Source: a virus
Lineage: Duplodnaviria; Caudoviricetes
IMG/VR virus record: IMGVR_UViG_3300019781_000026
Location: 1-40,080 of that record
Direction: 5' to 3' (one strand)
Length of the DNA stretch: 40,080 bases
Positions 7,606 to 14,857 of this stretch are shown here, one piece after another. The first letter of the stretch is position 1; each line of letters opens with the position of its first letter. The notes beneath the pieces are model-generated. The model had not been told where the DNA came from and did not search any database. It saw only the letters and a list, made by a program, of their open reading frames with translations. Both the position numbers and the translations under genes were made by a program.

Positions 7606-7965
7606 TTAGTTTATTGAATCCGCTTTATCTGTTTTTTCATCTATCACATTTCTTATTCTCCTTTCTCCTTTTGTTTTCCCGTACTGAATAACATAAGAAC
7701 CAAAGAAACCAACTACAAAAAAAGAAGTCGCTTTCCATCCTGATATTTTGGAGTACGCCCCTTCAACTTCGTTATAGATAAAGTACCATGCAGCGACTGA
7801 TACAAAGGATAGCATGATGGAAAACCTATCCAAATATACATAATCTTTATACCAATCAAAAGGGACGTTGCCTACTCTTGCTGTCTTGTTCAAGTTAATC
7901 AACTTGCAAAGACAGTGAGCAAAAACGCCCAAAAGTCCGATTAAGAAAATTACAATGATATTCAT
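7606..7965 (-). CDS. 3-TM membrane protein (holin/antiholin candidate)
   Basis: Three hydrophobic segments and a charged C-terminal tail. Confidence 0.65.
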   Translation of the reverse strand: MNIIVIFLIGLLGVFAHCLCKLINLNKTARVGNVPFDWYKDYVYLDRFSIMLSFVSVAAWYFIYNEVEGAYSKISGWKATSFFVVGFFGSYVIQYGKTKGERRIRNVIDEKTDKADSIN

Positions 7966-7968
7966 ACA

Positions 7969-8397
7969 CTAATGATTTTTTAAATATTTTTCTATCCCCT
8001 TCTCACAATCCGCACTCCCGATGGAAGTAATTATAAACCTCACCACCTTACTTCGCCTTGTCAGATAATACAATGTTATTACTAACGCCAATCCACCTAC
8101 TGTAATTTGAAAAACAATATTGTAAATATCGTCTTTCTGAAAAATAAGATAGTAAGCCGCAAACAAACATTCCGCTATCGCTGCCGCCCTGCTTACATAA
8201 CAGAACTTAAAACTAAACGCAACGGCTAACATAAACAACGGGAATAGTAAGTTAGTCCCTACTGCCATGTTAAGATACATTCCGTTCCGGTAATAAAAAT
8301 CAGCGTCAATAAAATAAAGAACATTTGCCAACACTTGCAAGGTTACCAGTATCACCGGAAACCAAGAAATAGTAAGTATTGACATCCTTTTAATCAT
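7969..8397 (-). CDS. 4-TM membrane protein
   Basis: Four hydrophobic segments; translationally coupled. Confidence 0.7.
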   Translation of the reverse strand: MIKRMSILTISWFPVILVTLQVLANVLYFIDADFYYRNGMYLNMAVGTNLLFPLFMLAVAFSFKFCYVSRAAAIAECLFAAYYLIFQKDDIYNIVFQITVGGLALVITLYYLTRRSKVVRFIITSIGSADCEKGIEKYLKNH

Positions 8398-8912
8398 TTG
8401 CTATGTTTAGCGCATCCAACGGAAACAATCACCGTCCCATCTTCTTTACGAGGTACAACGGCATGGTAGTCTATAATTTTCAAAGTTCTTGTCCTGCCTG
8501 TTTTTATCGTATAACTCCCCGAAATATATTTAGTCCCGGTACTTATATTACTACTCCATTCTTTCCATGCCCTTTCCCGGTCTGTATCAATTATAAAATT
8601 AGTCCAGCCCGAACCTTTCATTTGTTCTTGTGTTGTTTCAAACAGTTCGCATAATGCCTCGTTAGCCAATACACATAGTCCCTGATGGTCGCAGATAAAA
8701 AAGCAATCATGCAGTAGCATTACAAGGCCATCTATTTTGCCTGAAACGAAATCAATGCTTTGCGTGTTGGTGTCAAGTTCCTTTTTATTTTCTTCGTATT
8801 CTTCTAAGAACTTTATTAACTCTTTTATCCGGTTGTACATCCAACGTAAGCCGCCAAAGAATACCCCCACTAAGGTTAATAATGTGAGCCATTCTTTCCA
8901 GTTAAAAATCAT
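8394..8912 (-). CDS. Membrane-anchored PAS-domain protein
   Basis: N-terminal TM, coiled coil, then FFICDHQGLCVLANEALCELFETTQEQMKGSGWTNFIIDTDRE...EDGTVIVSVG, a classic PAS pattern. Confidence 0.8.
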   Translation of the reverse strand: MIFNWKEWLTLLTLVGVFFGGLRWMYNRIKELIKFLEEYEENKKELDTNTQSIDFVSGKIDGLVMLLHDCFFICDHQGLCVLANEALCELFETTQEQMKGSGWTNFIIDTDRERAWKEWSSNISTGTKYISGSYTIKTGRTRTLKIIDYHAVVPRKEDGTVIVSVGCAKHSK

Positions 8913-9130
8913 TTACTTGTCTTTGTTCTAAAAAGCCATTTATCTAATCTATTGCCTGCCCATCTGCTAAGTTGAAAAAATGTGATACCCCCGAAAAGCA
9001 TTAATACTAATATTAACACCCCCGTAAATACCGATAAGGCCAATGTATCAAATAGACCGTGATGAAAAGCCAACGATACCGCCCTTTCCCCTGTTCCGAT
9101 ACTGCCCAAAATAAAAGATGTTTTACTCAT
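8909..9130 (-). CDS. Small membrane protein
   Basis: Long hydrophobic segment and basic C-terminus. Confidence 0.6.
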   Translation of the reverse strand: MSKTSFILGSIGTGERAVSLAFHHGLFDTLALSVFTGVLILVLMLFGGITFFQLSRWAGNRLDKWLFRTKTSK

Positions 9131-9318
9131 TACTTGGGTTTTGGTGTTCCTACTGTTCCTGAATTAATAGCCGTTGCAATCGCTTCCGCTTCCTCTAAGG
9201 TATCGAAAATTACGGCATCATTTACATTACCCCATTGACAACGGGCGTATTCCGGGTTATAGGAGATCATGTAAAGTTTCGTTGTCTCGTTGATTTTTAC
9301 TACAAATTCTTGTGGCAT
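9130..9318 (-). CDS. Hypothetical protein
   Basis: 62 aa; TAATG coupling with the next gene. Confidence 0.6.
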   Translation of the reverse strand: MPQEFVVKINETTKLYMISYNPEYARCQWGNVNDAVIFDTLEEAEAIATAINSGTVGTPKPK

Positions 9319-9339
9319 ATGTTTAGTTTTTAGTTATTA

Positions 9340-10086
9340 TTAATATATTGCTACCCATGAAGGTATTACACTTGCCGTTATAGCACTCATGTTTATCGTT
9401 GCGGGCAAATCCGTTCCGGTGGATGTGCCATACAATTTCGCTGAATTAGTAAACCCTAATGCTGTCCCGGCCATTGCCAAGTTATTTAATGCCACCCCCG
9501 AAGCCAATGCAGGTGCTGTCGTTTGCGCCGATTGGTTGTAAATCATAGCAACTACATAATTGCCCGGAGCCGCAACGTAAGGGGTAGTAAAGGCTATTGT
9601 CTGTACTGCGTTAGCAGCACTTTTCCATAAGTTTGAATTGTTAGCGGATGAAGCAACTAACGTTAGTAGCCCGGTTGTAGTGTTGTACCTGTATAATCCG
9701 ATACGATTATTATTGTCCCCTGTATAATTACCCAAGACACGGACATACACTTTCATACCAGTAAGTGTTGAAGGCTTTGGGACGTATATACTTGTGTACT
9801 TTATCTGCCCATCTACCAATGCCGTTGATACGTTGGAATAAAATAACCGCTGCCCCACCGTTTCGGCAATTATATTACTCCCGTAATATTGATAAGAAAG
9901 CACATCGTTATTGGCAACGGTAACTCCCATTGCACCCCACCAAATTGGTATGCCGGTGTTCGAATATACATTGGTCACTAAAACACTATCGGTTTCATTA
10001 AATTTTATAAAAGGGACGTTACTATGGTAAACAACTGTTTGACTATTTGCAATACTACTCAGTAGTAATAATATTATTAATCTCAT
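9340..10086 (-). CDS. Signal-peptide-bearing beta-rich protein (fibre/adhesin accessory candidate)
   Basis: MRLIILLLLSSIANS|Q signal; Thr/Ala/Asn-rich jelly-roll-like body. Confidence 0.75.
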   Translation of the reverse strand: MRLIILLLLSSIANSQTVVYHSNVPFIKFNETDSVLVTNVYSNTGIPIWWGAMGVTVANNDVLSYQYYGSNIIAETVGQRLFYSNVSTALVDGQIKYTSIYVPKPSTLTGMKVYVRVLGNYTGDNNNRIGLYRYNTTTGLLTLVASSANNSNLWKSAANAVQTIAFTTPYVAAPGNYVVAMIYNQSAQTTAPALASGVALNNLAMAGTALGFTNSAKLYGTSTGTDLPATINMSAITASVIPSWVAIY

Positions 10087-10853
10087 GGGAATGGTTTAAA
10101 AAATAAAAAGAAATTACTTGTATTCGTTGTCGCTCTCACTTTATACGCTATGGCTATTTCCCCCCAATCAGCACTACCCGATAATGTAGCCGGTGCTGTT
10201 TCAGTAGCGGCCCCTGATAACTTATACATACTTCGCATTCTCGTTTCCCCATCTGCTATTCCGTATAAGGTATATCCTGATCCGGCCGCAGATACAGCCG
10301 ATGTAAATTGAGTGCCTACAGTAGCTACAATCAATTCACCTGTTGCCGCTGTTGTCAATGTAGATACAGAAGGCGATGTTGATGTTCCAGTACCAGAACT
10401 ACTTGCATCAATTACAGTAGCGTTAGTAGTTTCACAGCCACTATATTCATCAACCGCCACTAACACATAGTTAGGGTCTGCATCACTAAGCGTTACGGTG
10501 ACAGATGTTACCCCTGAATTTACCTGTACCCCGTACGCCTGATATATTCTGAATGATGGCGAACCGCTACTCGTTACCGGGGAACTAACTACATAAGTAT
10601 TGCTGGCATTATCCGTAACTGATGTTACAGTAGTAGTTGTATTGTTATTGATATAAATACTAACAACTGCTAAATTATTCTGCGTTGTGGAAATCGTTGT
10701 GACCACAGTAGTAGAAAACCCATTCGAACCATCCTGAGTTTGCACCGCCGCCGCTGCCGTTACTTTTTCAGGTCTATGAATAGCGGTTAAGCCTGCCGGT
10801 TCGTAGGCAATGAATGCTGAACATAGAATGAATAGTATAATAAGTAGTTTCAT
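10083..10853 (-). CDS. Signal-peptide-bearing Ser/Thr-rich beta protein (receptor-binding/adhesin candidate); start revised to 10853
   Basis: MKLLIILFILCSAFIA signal-like N-terminus; ATG immediately after the upstream TAA; NFFLFF C-terminal motif. Confidence 0.75.
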   Translation of the reverse strand: MKLLIILFILCSAFIAYEPAGLTAIHRPEKVTAAAAVQTQDGSNGFSTTVVTTISTTQNNLAVVSIYINNNTTTTVTSVTDNASNTYVVSSPVTSSGSPSFRIYQAYGVQVNSGVTSVTVTLSDADPNYVLVAVDEYSGCETTNATVIDASSSGTGTSTSPSVSTLTTAATGELIVATVGTQFTSAVSAAGSGYTLYGIADGETRMRSMYKLSGAATETAPATLSGSADWGEIAIAYKVRATTNTSNFFLFFKPFP

Positions 10854-10855
10854 AG

Positions 10856-13852
10856 TTAATCCAAATATATTTGAGCCACATAATCCCATTTAGTATCGGT
10901 TGTATTATAAACGAATCCCCAGTATGCGTAATAAGTCCCCCTTATTGTTGAAGGGAGTGGTAAACTTGTACTGCCCCTAAAAACAGAGTTCCAGGTAGCC
11001 GTTCTATTTGTCCCGTCACCTTTAACTCTTATTGTTAATTTTTGCCCGTGTGCGATGGTTCCCGTTGGGGCGTTGAAAAGCAAATCGCCGGCTTGTGCAG
11101 TTATCACATACAAGTCCGTTACGTCTGCGTTTATCGTTGTGCTGGTGGTGTATGATGCGGCTGATACAACTTGGGGGGTGTAACGTCCCAATGTAGCCCA
11201 CGAAGCGTTACCGCTTGCATCGCTTGTAAGAACTTTGCCAACACCTTGTGCCCCGTCTGTAAGTTTTAGTGTATAGTTTGCGGTTGTTGCACCTGTTGCG
11301 GTTATGTCAAGACCCACGTTTGTTCCGCTTGTTGCGTTGGTGTTAGTTACTGAAATACGGCCACCTGTAACTGTTATTGCGTTAGTACCATTGGCACCGC
11401 TGCTTACAATATTTAAAACTTCGTTCGCCCCCGATTTTGCTGTTCCCGTACTTGTTAAGTCAAGCAATGTCCCCGATGATAAGAAATCGGATGAAATTTT
11501 AGCGGCAATTCCTGTTGTAAAACTATTGGGTACTAATACTTCTAAATACGAAGTAGGAGTCCCATTCCCAATACCTACGTTACCGCCTGACGTAATTAAA
11601 GCGTAATTATTAGTAGCATTACCAACGGATATTGACACTCCTGTATTAGTTGTGTGTGCACCTGCTGCCGAAAATAGTGCAGCCATATTAGCCGCCGAGC
11701 CTGAAGCAGTAGCGTTTATTGCCCTATTAGTTGTAGCTGTTCCACTTGCATTAAAAGTTCCCGCTTCATTTAAAGTACCCGCTCCTGATACAGTTGCGTA
11801 AATTGCCCTGTTAGTTCCTGCACCAGTATATGATTCAAAATACCCTGCTATGTTTGTTGGGGTAGTTCCACTATGCCGATTTGTAACACTCATTCCATAT
11901 GTGGTTATACTTGATGAAGCGTTTGCCCCGCTGACATCTATTTTAAAAGCCGTTTGGTCTCCCGCTGCTGCTGTCCCTGTGACTACTAAGTCTAATAATT
12001 TACCGCCCGCTAATGATGATGAGGCTATGTATTGCCCCGTTCCTGAGGTCAGGCTATTATAAGTTTGTGCGAATGCTGCACTTGTTGTTGCTTGTGTTGT
12101 ATTAGTTGAAGCCAACTGCAACGCCTGCCCGGTAAATGTCATTTGCGAACTTCCCGTCACCGCCCCGCTTGTGCTATACATTACCCTTGTGTCCGCAACC
12201 GTTGTAGTGAGTGCAAGTGTTGGCGTTGTAGTGCTATTCGTTACTGTACCATCGAAGCCGCTGCCGTCTGTGAAAGTGAACGATTGAACCGTTCCGACCT
12301 CCGTAGCCGTTACCGTAAAAGCATTACCGCTTCTACTCATTACTGCAATTCCTGCCCCGGTGATACTAAACGAACCTCCGCCGTCTGATAAGGTTACTAA
12401 CGGTGAAGTAGTACCGCTGAAAGATAACGTCTGAGCAGCACCGCCTGAAGGTACTACCCAAGTTAATACACCATCCCCGGCTACGTCTGTCAATGCACCC
12501 CCGGCAACATAAGCAGGCGGTAAAGAATATATAAGGCTTGTCGCTTGTGCTACTGTTTTAAAAGCGGTGTAGTTTGTTCCGCTGCCGCTTGGTTCTAATA
12601 TTCGCATTTCCCCGGAAGAAACCCCGTTGGTTAAAATTACATTGCCCGTAAATGTATGGCCTGCGGAGGCAAAATATTCGATTGATGATGTTGGGTCTAT
12701 TATATTAATATATGTACTATTCACGCTGCCTCCAATATCACCTATTGTAACATTCCCCGTATTATTTATATCTAATAAATTGCCATACGCCGTACTACTC
12801 ACTGTCATACCCCCCAATGCCGGGACTCTTACCCGTTCAACACTATCCGTTCGGATAACAAAGTCAACGCTGTCATGTGTACCAATGTAGTTAATGGTGG
12901 CTGATAACCCTGTATTACCCGTTACCCCCCAATAACTGCCGGTCAATGCCGGAAGATCTGCCGCTACTAAAGCCCGGAAGGTAGGGTTGCCACTACTGCC
13001 GTTCGGTGAAGCGAATACCAAATTTTGCAACTGCGATATTTGAGTAAACGACGTATTATGCGCCGTTTCCGTAGTGGTAAACAACGGTGATAAATCCCCG
13101 GTCGTTCGTAGATACGGGTCTAACATTGCAGATGTATCGGAAATATTCAGCTTCCCACCAAAAGCCATCGTATCAGATACCGTTAACCGATTATTGACGG
13201 CATCCCATCTTACATCATGTGTCCCAGGCGATGTTTGTACACCTTCCCAAACAAACCGTGTTGTATTTAATTTAAAGCTATCTGTAACTATACCGTATAA
13301 CCGCATATCATTAAACTGTAATCCTAACCCAGCCCCGTTAACGGTTCTTTCTTCTTCGATAGTGCCATCGTCTGTATAAATATTTACACCAGCGGACCCG
13401 GTACTATCAATGAAACCAAATATCGAAACGCCGCCTTTTACAAAAAAAACGCTGTCGCTTGCCGTTTTTCTGTAAACAGACGTTACCCATTTATTCGCCG
13501 TATCAGCAGGGGCTAACCCCACACTATCAGTGAAGGCTAAAAAATCATCCGGCCCTTTTGCGTAATAAACGGAATTACCACTTTTGAATACTGCACTAAC
13601 ATAAGTACGCCAGGTTGAATCCGTAAAATAATATAAATCATGATTCAGCGTATCCACCGCAATACCCCCTGCCCTATTCTGCTCATTCACTCTTACGCCA
13701 ACGGGGACACCACCGTAAACCGGCATCCTTGCGCTACTATCCAACTGAATAGATATATAGTCATACCTATTATTAAGTTTGGTATAGTTCGGGGGCCGTT
13801 GCGCTGAAGCGACCGAACTAAGTAGTAATAAAAAAAACAAAATCTTTTTCAT
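10856..13852 (-). CDS. Long tail fibre-like protein with Sec signal peptide
   Basis: Gly/Thr/Ala/Ser-rich beta repeats, GNVGIG..TP and VLTSDASGNASW fibre motifs, C-terminal GQKLTIRVKGDGTNR..TW...YNTTDTKWD domain; MKKILFFLLLLSSVASA|Q signal. Confidence 0.8.
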   Translation of the reverse strand: MKKILFFLLLLSSVASAQRPPNYTKLNNRYDYISIQLDSSARMPVYGGVPVGVRVNEQNRAGGIAVDTLNHDLYYFTDSTWRTYVSAVFKSGNSVYYAKGPDDFLAFTDSVGLAPADTANKWVTSVYRKTASDSVFFVKGGVSIFGFIDSTGSAGVNIYTDDGTIEEERTVNGAGLGLQFNDMRLYGIVTDSFKLNTTRFVWEGVQTSPGTHDVRWDAVNNRLTVSDTMAFGGKLNISDTSAMLDPYLRTTGDLSPLFTTTETAHNTSFTQISQLQNLVFASPNGSSGNPTFRALVAADLPALTGSYWGVTGNTGLSATINYIGTHDSVDFVIRTDSVERVRVPALGGMTVSSTAYGNLLDINNTGNVTIGDIGGSVNSTYINIIDPTSSIEYFASAGHTFTGNVILTNGVSSGEMRILEPSGSGTNYTAFKTVAQATSLIYSLPPAYVAGGALTDVAGDGVLTWVVPSGGAAQTLSFSGTTSPLVTLSDGGGSFSITGAGIAVMSRSGNAFTVTATEVGTVQSFTFTDGSGFDGTVTNSTTTPTLALTTTVADTRVMYSTSGAVTGSSQMTFTGQALQLASTNTTQATTSAAFAQTYNSLTSGTGQYIASSSLAGGKLLDLVVTGTAAAGDQTAFKIDVSGANASSSITTYGMSVTNRHSGTTPTNIAGYFESYTGAGTNRAIYATVSGAGTLNEAGTFNASGTATTNRAINATASGSAANMAALFSAAGAHTTNTGVSISVGNATNNYALITSGGNVGIGNGTPTSYLEVLVPNSFTTGIAAKISSDFLSSGTLLDLTSTGTAKSGANEVLNIVSSGANGTNAITVTGGRISVTNTNATSGTNVGLDITATGATTANYTLKLTDGAQGVGKVLTSDASGNASWATLGRYTPQVVSAASYTTSTTINADVTDLYVITAQAGDLLFNAPTGTIAHGQKLTIRVKGDGTNRTATWNSVFRGSTSLPLPSTIRGTYYAYWGFVYNTTDTKWDYVAQIYLD

Positions 13853-13854
13853 AG

Positions 13855-14157
13855 TTAATTATTTTCGTCCCACATTATAAAAATCTTTTCTTGGTTTACT
13901 ATTGTTAAGAATATAAACCCTCCCATACCATTAATACCGTTCCCCCCTGATAGCTGCCCGTTAAATGGGGTTTCAAAAGTAAAACTACCGTCCGAACTAT
14001 TATAAAGCACTTCCCTGTTTCCAGGCGTTCCGTCTGTTATTATATTGTACCCTATCCCTTCCCGTTTTACGCTTAGTATTTTTCTAAAAGCTAAGGTTGC
14101 AATAGTTATAGAACTATTGCCGGGAACAGTTCCGTATATATGGCTACTAACTTGCAT
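13855..14157 (-). CDS. Tail-associated protein (paralog of the C-terminal domain of 14147-14857)
   Basis: Shares V.REG...I...GTP.NR...Y......F...FN...IF..W with the upstream gene. Confidence 0.7.
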   Translation of the reverse strand: MQVSSHIYGTVPGNSSITIATLAFRKILSVKREGIGYNIITDGTPGNREVLYNSSDGSFTFETPFNGQLSGGNGINGMGGFIFLTIVNQEKIFIMWDENN

Positions 14158-14857
14158 CTTCCGTCCAAATTACAAATATTATTTCACCATCATTAAAAGG
14201 TATTGCCGGGTCAAAAGTAATTGTACTACCCCCCGTATATTTAGCTTGCCGATTAAGGGGTGTTCCTGTATCTACAATATCATGTTCTGTCCCCTCCCTA
14301 TCAACTTCTATTACCGTATGCCCCGCAAACGACCTACCAAAATGACCAACGCCTGATATACCGCTTTCGCCTTCACTCGTTACCCACCAATCTGAATAAA
14401 TAGTTTGGCACTCAACCGGCGGGTTAGGATCAACTTCAGTTATTGTTATGCCGCCTGTCCCCTCAAGTTGTAAATCAAACTCAGCAAAAGCATTCACTTC
14501 GCTGCTTATGTCATCGGTACGAACTAAAAACAAACCAGCTACTACCACAATGCCGCCGGAAACATCTTCGTAAACGAATTGCATTTCTATTTCACTTCGC
14601 CTGATAGCTTCCTGCAAAAAATAGAAATTACTTAATCTCGTTGCCGTGTTCCCGGTAGTTAATACCCCTTGCACACTTCCCCGGCAATCGCTTATCCGTA
14701 CCCGTTTTTTTCTAGATAGCCCGGCGTTAACATCTGTTTTTCCGATTAACTCATTTTCAAATTGAAAGTTGCAACTAAAGGCACAACCAATAGTGACGAA
14801 GCCGCTGCCGGTATTAGCCCGAACACTTACACCGCTGCCGTAAACTTCGTTGCTCAT
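14147..14857 (-). CDS. Second tail-tube-like protein with extra C-terminal domain
   Basis: IGCAFSCNFQFENELIGKT...GSVQG...FDLQLEGTG resembles the TP901-1-type tail tube fold. Confidence 0.7.
   Translation of the reverse strand: MSNEVYGSGVSVRANTGSGFVTIGCAFSCNFQFENELIGKTDVNAGLSRKKRVRISDCRGSVQGVLTTGNTATRLSNFYFLQEAIRRSEIEMQFVYEDVSGGIVVVAGLFLVRTDDISSEVNAFAEFDLQLEGTGGITITEVDPNPPVECQTIYSDWWVTSEGESGISGVGHFGRSFAGHTVIEVDREGTEHDIVDTGTPLNRQAKYTGGSTITFDPAIPFNDGEIIFVIWTEDAS

Noticed and set aside
9340-13852. Diversity-generating retroelement or invertible fibre cassette
   Set aside because: No reverse transcriptase, invertase or TR/VR repeat pair is visible.
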